From Myxococcota bacterium (lineage in GTDB: Bacteria; Myxococcota_A; UBA9160; JAFDDA01), in assembly GCA_965228475.1 (NCBI GenBank), contig OZ245817.1:2976001-3040000 (forward strand): a stretch of DNA of 64,000 nt, written 5' to 3'. The notes below the pieces were generated by a model that was not told where the DNA came from, made no database searches, and saw nothing but the letters and a program-made list of their open reading frames with translations. The position numbers and the translations under genes were made by a program. Positions 18,782 to 27,268 of the stretch are shown one piece after another (position 1 is the first letter of the stretch; each line of letters begins with the position of its first letter).

Positions 18782-19589
18782 CGCCCGGGAACTTCCGGTT
18801 GGCGACGTCGTCCGCGAAGGCCCGCGCCGCCTGGGAGGCCAGCGAGCCGAGGTTCGCGTACTGCTTCACGAAGCTCGGGGTCCAGTCCGAGAGCCCGAGC
18901 ATGTCGTGCATCACGAGCACCTGACCGTCGCAGCCGACGCCCGCGCCGATGCCGATGGTCGGGATCGAGAGCTCGGCCGTGATCTCGCGGGCCAGGGCCT
19001 TCGGCATGCCCTCGAGCACGACCGCGAAGGCGCCGGCCTCCTCGACCGCGCGCGCGTCGGCGAGCACGCGCTCGCGCGCCTCCTCCGTGCGCCCCTGCAC
19101 CCGGAACCCGCCCATGCGGTGGACGGCCTGGGGAGTCAGCCCGACGTGGCCCATCACCGGGATCTCGGCCGCGACGATGCGCGCGATGGACGGGGCGACG
19201 GCGGTCCCGCCCTCGAGCTTCACGGCGTGGGCGCCGCCCTCCTTCACGAGGCGGATGGCGTTGCGGACGGCGTCCTCCGGGCCGACCTGGTAGCTCCCGA
19301 AGGGCATGTCCCCGACCAGCAGCGAGCGCCGGATCCCGCGGGCGACCATGCGCGTGTGGTAGACGACCTCGTCCATGGTCACGGGCAGCGTCGTCGCGGC
19401 CCCCTGGACGACGTTCCCGAGCGAGTCGCCGACGAGCAGGACGTCGATCCCGGCCTCGTCGAAGATGCGCGCGAAGGTGCAGTCGTAGGCCGTCAGCATC
19501 GAGATCGGCTGGGCCTTGCGCTTGCGGCTCTGGAGCGTGCGGACGGTGACGCGGTGCTCGCGCACCGCTTCCTGGGTGACGGTCGACAT
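18762..19589 (-). CDS. panB: 3-methyl-2-oxobutanoate hydroxymethyltransferase
   Basis: LTAYD, LVGDSLG, DMPF, KLEGG and GHVGLTPQ. Confidence 0.98.
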   Translation of the reverse strand: MSTVTQEAVREHRVTVRTLQSRKRKAQPISMLTAYDCTFARIFDEAGIDVLLVGDSLGNVVQGAATTLPVTMDEVVYHTRMVARGIRRSLLVGDMPFGSYQVGPEDAVRNAIRLVKEGGAHAVKLEGGTAVAPSIARIVAAEIPVMGHVGLTPQAVHRMGGFRVQGRTEEARERVLADARAVEEAGAFAVVLEGMPKALAREITAELSIPTIGIGAGVGCDGQVLVMHDMLGLSDWTPSFVKQYANLGSLASQAARAFADDVANRKFPGDEHAYE

Positions 19590-19628
19590 GAGGGGGGACT
19601 CCGTCGGCCCGTTCGCCTCATCCACTGG

Positions 19629-19668
19629 AAACAAAAGCGCGCCTGCCGGTCTTGAAACCGGAGGCGCG
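19629..19668 (-). terminator. Intrinsic terminator/attenuator in the panB leader
   Basis: Minus strand CGCGCCTCCGGT-TTCAAG-ACCGGCAGGCGCG followed by CTTTTGTTT, ~40 nt before the panB ATG. Confidence 0.75.
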
Positions 19669-19689
19669 TCGGGTGGGGGATGGCCGCGC

Positions 19690-19812
19690 CCGGAGGCTCG
19701 CCATCCGCTCGATCCCACCTGGCTCGAGCCTCCGTCTCGCTCCCGAGGGATACGAGCTTTGCTCTTGCAGGATCGGCGTCACTCTCGTTCCGGACGGATG
19801 TGGCGTCCGGTT
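19690..19812 (-). ncRNA. Structured 5' leader of panB, probable pan RNA motif
   Basis: Lies upstream of panBCD. Repeated ATCC...GAGA elements, a CGAGACGG core and the stem CGGAGGCTCG/CGAGCCTCCG, followed by a terminator. Confidence 0.5.
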
Positions 19813-19926
19813 GGGTTGTGTCGATGAAGTTCGCACCGTGCGAGACCTCTCGACTTCGGAAGGTTAGGCCGATTTTCGGGCTTGGGTCAAGGGCCGGCCG
19901 GAACTCGGCCTGGGGCGCTCCCCGGC

Positions 19927-20217
19927 TCAGCCCTCCGCCCCGGCGTTCGGCCCTTCGAGCAGATCCCGAATGGCCGGGGGCAGGTAGCGCTCCGCCAGCG
20001 CAGGGCCTGCGTGTTCGCGCAGCGCTTCGCTGAGGACCCGGATGCGATCCGCGACGAGGTCTCCCTCCGAGAGCACGACCCAGACCTCGCCGCGCACGCG
20101 GCAGACGGCCGAGGCCGGCGCAGCGTCGGTGCCGGGCGTCCGCGCCAGCACGCGAACGTCGATGCCCACCTCCCGGGCGAGGTCAGCGAGCTGGTCGAGC
20201 AGGGTCGCCGCGTCCAT
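19927..20217 (-). CDS. Small hypothetical protein
   Basis: Co-oriented just downstream of rsmA; host-like codons; ends YLPPAIRDLLE. Confidence 0.7.
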   Translation of the reverse strand: MDAATLLDQLADLAREVGIDVRVLARTPGTDAAPASAVCRVRGEVWVVLSEGDLVADRIRVLSEALREHAGPALAERYLPPAIRDLLEGPNAGAEG

Positions 20218-20226
20218 CGCGAGAGG

Positions 20227-21090
20227 CTAGCGGCTCGCCTCGGTACCCGCGGGCAAGGCGCGGGCGAGTGCCAGGAAGTCGTCCGGAGAGAGCCGCTCGG
20301 CGCGCACGTCCGCGGGATGGCCGAGCGCCTCGAGCACGGCGCGCACGGCATCGGGCTCGACCGCCGGCGAGAGCCCCCCGCCGCGCAGGGCGTTCACGAG
20401 CGTCTTGCGTCGCTGGCCGAAGGCGGCCCGCACCACGCGCTCGAAGCCCGCCAGCTCGCCGCTCCGGAGCGGCGAGTCCGTTCGCGGTTCGAGGCAGAGG
20501 AAGGTCGAGGTCACCTTCGGCGCAGGGTGGAAGCAGCGGGGGGCCAGGTCGCGGACGCGGCGGACGTGGGCCGTCTGCGCATGGAGGACGGCCAGGGAGC
20601 CGTAGTCCCGCTCGCCCGGCGCGGCGGCAACGCGGGCCGCCACCTCCTTCTGCACCATCACGGACCAGCCCGCGAGCCGCTCCCGCAGGTCGAGGACCCG
20701 GCGCAGCACGACCGAGCCGACCGAGTACGGCAGGTTCGCGACCACGCGAACCCGGCCGGGCAGCTCGTCGACGAGCGCCGCGAGATCCTGGGCCAGCACG
20801 TCGCCGTGACGGAGCGAGACGTTGCCGGGCAGCGCGCCCTCCGCCTCGAGCAGGCGAACGAGACCCGAATCGATCTCGAGGCTCGTGACCTGCTCGGCCA
20901 CCTCGGCGAGCGCCCGGGACAGGATGCCGAGCCCCGCGCCGACCTCGAGCACCGACTCCCCCGGCGAGACGCCGGCGGCGCGCACGAGGGATCGGGCGAG
21001 GTCCGGGTCGACGAGGAAGTTCTGGCCGAGGTCGCGGCGGGGCGCGAGGCCGTGGCGCTCGAGCAGGCCGCGCACTTCGGAGACGCTCAA
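20227..21090 (-). CDS. rsmA: 16S rRNA dimethyladenosine transferase
   Basis: LGQNFL, LEVGAGLG, VANLPY, MVQKEVA.R and FGQRRKTL.N; probable TTG start at 21090. Confidence 0.96.
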   Translation of the reverse strand: MSVSEVRGLLERHGLAPRRDLGQNFLVDPDLARSLVRAAGVSPGESVLEVGAGLGILSRALAEVAEQVTSLEIDSGLVRLLEAEGALPGNVSLRHGDVLAQDLAALVDELPGRVRVVANLPYSVGSVVLRRVLDLRERLAGWSVMVQKEVAARVAAAPGERDYGSLAVLHAQTAHVRRVRDLAPRCFHPAPKVTSTFLCLEPRTDSPLRSGELAGFERVVRAAFGQRRKTLVNALRGGGLSPAVEPDAVRAVLEALGHPADVRAERLSPDDFLALARALPAGTEASR

Positions 21091-21134
21091 CGCCTGGACT
21101 CCCGGCCCACGCTCACGCGGACGGAGACGCTCAC
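21087..21134 (-). CDS. Putative 15-aa relay mini-ORF (MSVSVRVSVGRESRR) between tsaD and rsmA
   Basis: GTG overlaps the tsaD TGA (GTGA); its TGA overlaps the rsmA TTG (TTGA). Confidence 0.45.
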   Translation of the reverse strand: MSVSVRVSVGRESRR

Positions 21135-22165
21135 GCGGAGGCTTCGGCTTCGGTCCACGGTGCATCCCCGAGCGGGACGCGCGAGAAGGCGGTCAGGTCG
21201 AGGGCGTGTCGCTCGCCCCGGGCGAGCAGCTGCGAGCCGGCGGCCGCGATCATGACGGCGTTGTCGGTGCACAGCGAGAGCGGCGGGAAACACGCCTCGA
21301 ACCCCTCCGCCTCGGCCGCCGCCGCCATCTGCGCCCGCAGGCGGCGATTCGCAGCGACGCCGCCCACGACCGCGAGCCGGGCCAGGCCCTCCTGGTCGAG
21401 CGCGCGACGCGCCTTCGCGACGAGCACGTCCGTGGCCGCCGCCTGGAAGGAGGCGGCGATGTCCGAAACGGTCTCGGGCGTGAGCGAAGGTGCGCGTTCC
21501 GCCGCCAGCGCCACCGCGGTCTTCAGCCCGCTGTAGGAGAAGTCGAGGCCGGGCCCGTCGAGCATCGGCCGGGGAAACTCGATGGCGGCTTCGTCCCCCG
21601 CCTCGGCGGCCGCCGCCACGGCCGGACCGCCGGGGAACCCGAGGCCGAGCAGCTTCGCGACCTTGTCGAAGGCTTCGCCCACGGCGTCGTCCCGCGTCTG
21701 GCCGAGTAGCCGCGGCGGCGCATCGTCCTCGATCCGGTAGAGCGCCGTGTGCCCGCCGGAGACGACGAGGCCGACGAAGGGCGTCTCGAGCGGCGCATCG
21801 CCGAGCTGCGCCGAAGCCAGGTGACCGGCCAGGTGATGCACGCCCACGTGCGGAATGCCGAGCCGCCACGCCAGGGCCTTCCCGAAGGAGAGCCCCACGA
21901 GCAGGGATCCGATCAGCCCCGGCCCCGCCGTCAGCGCCACCCCGTCGAGCTCGCTCTCCGCGATCCCCGCCGCGGCGAGCGCCCGCTCGACCACACCCGA
22001 AACCGCCCGAACGTGATCCCGAGAAGCCAGCTCCGGCACCACCCCGCCATAGGGCGCATGCACGTCCCGCTGCTCGTGGATCACGGACGAAACGATGCCC
22101 CGCCCATCCCGAACCACGGCAGCGGCCATCTCGTCACAAGAACTCTCAATCCCGAGAACGAGCAT
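21131..22165 (-). CDS. tsaD: tRNA N6-adenosine threonylcarbamoyltransferase
   Basis: LGIESSCDE, GGVVPELASR.H, HHLAGH, VSGGHT, DDAVGEAFDK and CTDNAVMIA. Confidence 0.98.
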   Translation of the reverse strand: MLVLGIESSCDEMAAAVVRDGRGIVSSVIHEQRDVHAPYGGVVPELASRDHVRAVSGVVERALAAAGIAESELDGVALTAGPGLIGSLLVGLSFGKALAWRLGIPHVGVHHLAGHLASAQLGDAPLETPFVGLVVSGGHTALYRIEDDAPPRLLGQTRDDAVGEAFDKVAKLLGLGFPGGPAVAAAAEAGDEAAIEFPRPMLDGPGLDFSYSGLKTAVALAAERAPSLTPETVSDIAASFQAAATDVLVAKARRALDQEGLARLAVVGGVAANRRLRAQMAAAAEAEGFEACFPPLSLCTDNAVMIAAAGSQLLARGERHALDLTAFSRVPLGDAPWTEAEASA

Positions 22166-22202
22166 GGGTGCGTTTTCCAAAAGAAGGGCGAATCACCGAG
22201 GA

Positions 22203-22322
22203 GGCGCGGGCCGAGGGGAACCCTTCGGCGAAGTAAAGCGCAGCCCGCACTCGGATGTTCAATCGGTGTCGGCTGCCCGAGCGGGCGAGCCATGAGCCGA
22301 AGGGTTCCCCTCGGCCCGCGCC
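22203..22322. mobile_element. MITE/REP-like element with perfect 27-bp terminal inverted repeats
   Basis: 22203..22229 is the exact reverse complement of 22296..22322; 66-bp interior; GGA on both flanks. Confidence 0.6.
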
Positions 22323-22332
22323 GGAGCCGGCG

Positions 22333-22698
22333 CTACCCGCCCATGCTCCGTTCGAGCTTCTCCTGCTCCGACTTACACTCGATACAAAGCCGAGCCACGG
22401 GCCGAGCCTCGAGCCGCTTCAGCCCGATCTCCTCCCCGCAGTTCTCGCACTCCCCGTACTCCCCGTCCTCGATCTTCTCGAGCGCCGCCTCGATCTTCGA
22501 GAGCAGTCCGCGTTCGCGCTCGCGCAAGCGGCCGATGAACGCCAGGCCCACCTCGGAAGAGGCGGTGTCGATCTCGTCGGGGAAATCGTCGGGGTCGAGG
22601 TGGATGTCGCCCGAGAGGGCCTTCTGGGCGCGGCCCAGGACCTCGTCGCGCTGCCCTTGCAAGATCTTCCGGAACTTCTCGAGCTCCCGCTTTCTCAT
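22333..22698 (-). CDS. dksA: DksA/TraR C4 zinc-finger transcription factor
   Basis: DEID tip, YGECENCGEEI..KRLEARP.ARLCIECK. Confidence 0.9.
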   Translation of the reverse strand: MRKRELEKFRKILQGQRDEVLGRAQKALSGDIHLDPDDFPDEIDTASSEVGLAFIGRLRERERGLLSKIEAALEKIEDGEYGECENCGEEIGLKRLEARPVARLCIECKSEQEKLERSMGG

Positions 22699-22775
22699 CG
22701 CTGTCCCGTCTCCACTTCGGTTCGAACCCGGTCCGCATCCGGCTCGAGTCGCCCCGGTTCGTCGCGCCGCCGGCT

Positions 22776-23711
22776 CTAGCCCGTGCCCAGGATCTCGAGC
22801 TGACGTCGCGCTTCGATCGCGCGGTCCGACTCCGGGTACTCCCGCAACACCCGCTCGAAGGCCTTGCCCGCCGCCTTCGTGTAACCCGGGCCCAACCGCA
22901 GGAGCGCTTCGCCCTGGCGATAGAGCGCGTCCGCTGCCTTGTTGCCCGTGGGATAGCGTGAAACCACGTCGTCGAAACGCAGGATGGCCGTCTTGTAGTC
23001 CCCCTGCTTGAAGTAGCAGTCCGCCATCCAATACGACGCGTCGTCGGCGAAGGGCGAGGACGCGTTAGTCTGCAAGAACTGCCGGAACTGGTCAATGCAG
23101 GCCCGGGTATCGTCGTTTCGCCACGCGGCGTAGGCCGAGCGGTAGGCCTCGATCACGCCCGTCCCGCCCGGCGTGCCCGGGCCCGGCGCCGAGGCGGGCA
23201 CCGAACTCAGCGGATCCGCCGTCGGCGCGCCCGGAATCGAGAGCGCCGGGTCCGGCGAGACCTCGGGCACCGGTGCGACCGCCACGGACGGGCCGGGTGC
23301 CGGCGCCGTCGACGCCCCCTGCCCCGCCGCGTCGCGCGCTTCGCTCGCCGTGCGCGCGGCTTCGCTGGCTTCCCGCCGGGCGGTGTCCGCGTCGCCCCGC
23401 GCCTCGGCGGCTTCCGAGCGCGCGGCGGTGGCTTCTTCGAGCGCCCGCTCGCTGCGGTGTTCGATCTGCTCGAGCTGACCCTGGATCTCGTTCAGCCGCG
23501 CTTCGATCTCGTCGAGCCGGACGCCCAGGTCCGCCGCCTCACGGGCGGCCACGTTGCTGCCGGCTCCGGTAGCGCGCAGCTCGCGCACGTCGCGCTCGAG
23601 CGCACGGTACTCTGCCGTGGTGGCGCAGCCCGTCGCGAACAGGGCGACGAAGCCTGCGCCGAGCGCAGCGCGCAGGGCGCGCGCACTTCTCCGATTCTTC
23701 GTGCGATGCAT
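22776..23711 (-). CDS. cpoB: Tol-Pal-associated TPR protein CpoB/YbgF (lipoprotein signal)
   Basis: FATGC lipobox, coiled coil, A.YW.ADCYF and YP.GNKAADALY TPRs; follows tolB. Confidence 0.85.
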   Translation of the reverse strand: MHRTKNRRSARALRAALGAGFVALFATGCATTAEYRALERDVRELRATGAGSNVAAREAADLGVRLDEIEARLNEIQGQLEQIEHRSERALEEATAARSEAAEARGDADTARREASEAARTASEARDAAGQGASTAPAPGPSVAVAPVPEVSPDPALSIPGAPTADPLSSVPASAPGPGTPGGTGVIEAYRSAYAAWRNDDTRACIDQFRQFLQTNASSPFADDASYWMADCYFKQGDYKTAILRFDDVVSRYPTGNKAADALYRQGEALLRLGPGYTKAAGKAFERVLREYPESDRAIEARRQLEILGTG

Positions 23712-23787
23712 GGGCAACCTCCCCTTCCAGACCCGGCCCGCATCCCTGCGGCCGAGGCCCCCCGCGCGAAACGGTACCGCGCCGCCC

Positions 23788-25095
23788 CTAGCGGGGATAG
23801 GGGCCCCAGGACGGGCTCTTCTCGTCGCCGCGGCCCCGCGTGAGCCGCACCAGGTTCTTCCCGCTCACGTCGACCCGGTAGAGATCGTGGCTTCCCCGCC
23901 GGGACGAGCTGAACACGACCTTCCTGCCGTCCGGAGACCAGGAGGGTCCTTCGTCACTCCGCGGGTGCGACACGAGCGGAACGTTCGTCCCTTCTTCGGG
24001 ATCGATCAGCCAGATGTCGAACTGGCCGCCCACGCGCGCCTCGTAGGCGATCCAGCGGCCGTCCGGCGACCAGGCGGGCGACGTGTTGTAGCGGCCGTTG
24101 AAGGTGATCCGGCGCACACCGACACCCTCGCGCGTCATCACGTAGATCTGGGGCGAACCCGAGCGATCCGAGACGAAGGCGATCTTGCGGCCGTCGGGCG
24201 ACCAGGCGGGCGAGACGTCGATGGCGCGGTTGTTCGTCAGCCGGTTCAGGGAGCGTCCGCTCCGGGCCACCGTGAAGATCTCCGCCGCGGGGCCCTCCTT
24301 CGCGACCAGGGCCAGGCGCGGGCCGTCGGGCTCGAACACCGCGCGGTAGTGGGACTGGGCGGGGCTGAGCGCGCGCAGGATCCGGCCCGAGCGGCCCACC
24401 CGCGCGAGGACGAAGATGTGGGGCCGGCCTCCGTCGCGGTACGACGTGTAGACGATCTCGTTGCCCTTCGGGTGCCAGGACGGGAACTGGTTGATCGAGC
24501 CGCTCTTGGTGATCGCGCGCTCGTTCCCGCCGATCGCGTCCATGACGTGGATCTCGGGAACCCCGCTGCGGTTCGAAACGAAGACGATCTCGGTGCTCGA
24601 CACCCCGGCCTTCCCGGTGAAGGCGGCCACGACGTCGTCGGCCACGCGCCGGGCGAGCGTCTTCGAATCCCCGGGGCTCGCCCGGTAGCGGTGGCGGCGC
24701 AGGCTCCGGCACGCGCGCGCCACGTCGATCACGCGGTACTCGACGACGAGCTTGCCGCGCTCGCTCTGGATCGCGCCCTGGACGAGCGCGTCGGCCCGGA
24801 TCTGCGACCAGTCCGTGCAGGCCACGCGGTCGTCGAAGGAGCCCGTCGCGACGGGGCCGAGGAAGGCCTCCTCATCCAGGACCTGGAAGAGGCCCGAGAA
24901 CTCGAGCGCCGCGGCGATCTCCTTGTGGAGCGCTTCCACCTTCCCGCGTTCCCCGGGGCCGGGGGCGAAGCGCTGGAGCGCGACGCGGTAGGCCGCCGCG
25001 GAAGGATCGGTCACGACCACGGCGGGGCGGTCCTGGGCGGCCGCGGCCGTCGCCAGCAAGACCGGGAGCAGAACGAGAAGCCTCGGCAGCATCAA
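23788..25095 (-). CDS. tolB: Tol-Pal beta-propeller protein
   Basis: TolB_N domain plus PD40 repeats (P.WSPDG). Confidence 0.93.
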   Translation of the reverse strand: MMLPRLLVLLPVLLATAAAAQDRPAVVVTDPSAAAYRVALQRFAPGPGERGKVEALHKEIAAALEFSGLFQVLDEEAFLGPVATGSFDDRVACTDWSQIRADALVQGAIQSERGKLVVEYRVIDVARACRSLRRHRYRASPGDSKTLARRVADDVVAAFTGKAGVSSTEIVFVSNRSGVPEIHVMDAIGGNERAITKSGSINQFPSWHPKGNEIVYTSYRDGGRPHIFVLARVGRSGRILRALSPAQSHYRAVFEPDGPRLALVAKEGPAAEIFTVARSGRSLNRLTNNRAIDVSPAWSPDGRKIAFVSDRSGSPQIYVMTREGVGVRRITFNGRYNTSPAWSPDGRWIAYEARVGGQFDIWLIDPEEGTNVPLVSHPRSDEGPSWSPDGRKVVFSSSRRGSHDLYRVDVSGKNLVRLTRGRGDEKSPSWGPYPR

Positions 25096-25892
25096 TCATC
25101 CTCCGGCCGGAACACGAACGGCCACTTTCCCGCTTCCGGCGGCGCCGGCAGCGGGCTCGACTTCTCGATCGCCCTTACGACGGACTCGTCGTACCAGGGG
25201 TTCCCCGATCGCCGCGTGATCTTCGGCTCGCCCTGGACGTGCCCGCCGGAGTCGAGGGTGACCTCGACGTGGGTCTCGAGGGGCTCGCGCCGGAATCCCG
25301 CCTCGAGCACCCACTCGCGCCGAACGTGGATCCGGGCGTCGCGCAGCCAGGCCACGACCTCCGGCGGAGCCGGCCGGCCGGGGCCGCTGGCCTGGGGTGC
25401 GGGGACCGCTTTGGGTTGGGGGCGAGCCGGGGCCCGGGGAGCGGGCGTGGGCGGAGGCGTCGTGCGGCGGCGCACCATCTCGATCGGATCCGGGCGGGCT
25501 TCCCCGGCATCGGCGCGCAGGGACTCGAGGAGATCGTCGTACTCCGCCTCCGCGGGCTTGGGCGGCGGCTTCGCGATCTCGCGGGGCTCGACCTTCCGCG
25601 TCGGCCGCGTCGGCAGCACCACCTTGCGCGGCACCGGCTTCGGCGCGGGAGCCGGCGCCGGGGCGGCCTTCGGGGCGGGCGCCGGCTTCGGAGCCGGCCG
25701 CGGCGCGGGAGCCGGTGCGGCGGCCACGAGCTCGACGGTGACGACGCTCGGCAACTCGATCCGGCGCTTCGGGAAGCCCGGCTGGATCACGAAGAAGGCG
25801 ACGATGGCCGCGTGGAAGAGCGCCGAGAACGCGAATGCCTTGCGGAAGCCGCGCCGTCGGGCCTCGTCCCAACCGGCGAGGGCCGCGCTCAC
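25092..25892 (-). CDS. tolA: TolA/TonB-family energy transducer
   Basis: TM helix with S..FH, Pro/Lys linker, C-terminal SGNPWYDESV.RAI; located between tolR and tolB. Confidence 0.8.
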   Translation of the reverse strand: MSAALAGWDEARRRGFRKAFAFSALFHAAIVAFFVIQPGFPKRRIELPSVVTVELVAAAPAPAPRPAPKPAPAPKAAPAPAPAPKPVPRKVVLPTRPTRKVEPREIAKPPPKPAEAEYDDLLESLRADAGEARPDPIEMVRRRTTPPPTPAPRAPARPQPKAVPAPQASGPGRPAPPEVVAWLRDARIHVRREWVLEAGFRREPLETHVEVTLDSGGHVQGEPKITRRSGNPWYDESVVRAIEKSSPLPAPPEAGKWPFVFRPEDD

Positions 25893-25939
25893 GAGGCCTC
25901 GCCGGGGGCAGCACCGCGCGGCGGACGCGCGCCGGCCAT
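25889..25939 (-). CDS. Putative 16-aa relay mini-ORF (MAGARPPRGAAPGEAS) between tolR and tolA
   Basis: ATG overlaps the tolR stop (TGATG); its TGA overlaps the tolA GTG (GTGA). Confidence 0.45.
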   Translation of the reverse strand: MAGARPPRGAAPGEAS

Positions 25940-26355
25940 CAGCGGCCTTCGGGCTCGGTCACCATCCCGAGCTTCTTCGCCCCGGCGCCGCGGGCGGCGG
26001 CCATGGCCTGGGCCACGAGGCCGTAGGGCGCCGCCGCGTCCGCCCGCAGGAAGACCTCGGGCTCGTCCTGGCCCTCGAAGATCGCCGTGAGCTTCTTCTC
26101 GAGATCGCCGGGCTTCACCTCGGACCGACCGACGTGAACCGTGCCGTCCTTCTTCACCGTCAGGATCAGCGGCTCGTTCTTCACGCGCAGGGCCTGGGTC
26201 GTCGTGTCGGGCAGATCGACGTCGATGCCCTGCTGCATCATCGGCGCCGTCACCATGAAGATGATCAGCAGCACGAGCATCACGTCGACGAGCGGCGTGA
26301 CGTTGATCTCGGAGAGCGGCTGGCCGTAGCCGCCTCGGCCGGAGCTGGCGCCCAT
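25939..26355 (-). CDS. tolR: TolR/ExbD
   Basis: EINVTPLVDVMLVLLIIFMVTAP. Confidence 0.95.
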   Translation of the reverse strand: MGASSGRGGYGQPLSEINVTPLVDVMLVLLIIFMVTAPMMQQGIDVDLPDTTTQALRVKNEPLILTVKKDGTVHVGRSEVKPGDLEKKLTAIFEGQDEPEVFLRADAAAPYGLVAQAMAAARGAGAKKLGMVTEPEGR

Positions 26356-27056
26356 CAGGCCTTGGCCACGCGGGCCGTCCGGGGCCCGCTCGTCGCGCGG
26401 TTGCGCAGGTCGTCCTTGAGCTCGGTCGCGAACAGGTCGACCGTGCCGACGACGTCGCGCAGCTGGCCGACGAACTGGTTGTAGAAGATCGTCGCGGGGA
26501 TGGCGGCGACCAGACCGACGGCCGTGGCCACGAGCGCCTCCGCGATACCCGGGGCGACCACGGCGAGGCTCGCCGTCCCGGTGGCCGCGATGCCGGTGAA
26601 GGCGTCGATGATGCCGATCACGGTTCCGAACAGGCCGATGAAGGGCGTCGCGCTGCCGGTCGTCGCGAGGAACGGCAGGCCGCGCTCGAGGCCCGAGATC
26701 GCGCGCGCCGCGGTCCAATCGACGTGACGGCAGATCCCGGTGATCTGCTCCTCGGAGATCTCCCGGCCGGGCCCGGTGGCGTACTTGGCCAACCGGTTCA
26801 GCTGGACGTAGCCCTGGAGATAGGTCGCCGCGGCGGGCGAGCGCTCGAGCCGCCGGGCCGCCTCGTAGGCCGATTCGAAGGCCCCTTCGTGATAGACCCC
26901 GACGAAGGCCTCGCTATCCTGCTGCGCGCGGCGAAGCTCGCGCCACTTGTAGAGGATCAGTGCCCAGGACGTGACGGAGAACAACGCCAGCAGGACCAGC
27001 ACGAGCTTAACGATGAGAGACGCCTGGAGAACCAGGTCGACGATGTCCAGGCTCAC
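26355..27056 (-). CDS. tolQ: TolQ/ExbB proton channel
   Basis: LATTGSATPFIGLFGTV.GI and VAPGIAEAL.ATA.GL; GTG start inferred. Confidence 0.93.
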   Translation of the reverse strand: MSLDIVDLVLQASLIVKLVLVLLALFSVTSWALILYKWRELRRAQQDSEAFVGVYHEGAFESAYEAARRLERSPAAATYLQGYVQLNRLAKYATGPGREISEEQITGICRHVDWTAARAISGLERGLPFLATTGSATPFIGLFGTVIGIIDAFTGIAATGTASLAVVAPGIAEALVATAVGLVAAIPATIFYNQFVGQLRDVVGTVDLFATELKDDLRNRATSGPRTARVAKA

Positions 27057-27268
27057 GAGACGGCCCCCCACACAGGCGTCGGCCGGTACTCTTCGAGCCC
27101 GGGAGCGACGCGCCATCACCCATGGCCTCGCGAAGCGAGCAAATTAGGCAAGCCCCTAGGTGACTTCAACCGATCCCCGGATCGATGGAGAGTGCTCAGT
27201 AGAACCGATCGGCCCGCGGTGGCGATCGCAGTCAAACCGGGAAGGATCCCGGACAAGAGAGGAATCCC

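Noticed and set aside
22699..23787. Relay mini-ORFs in the cpoB-dksA and tolB-cpoB gaps
   Set aside because: The upstream stops are TAG without an overlapping start, and the internal ATGs do not terminate at the downstream start.
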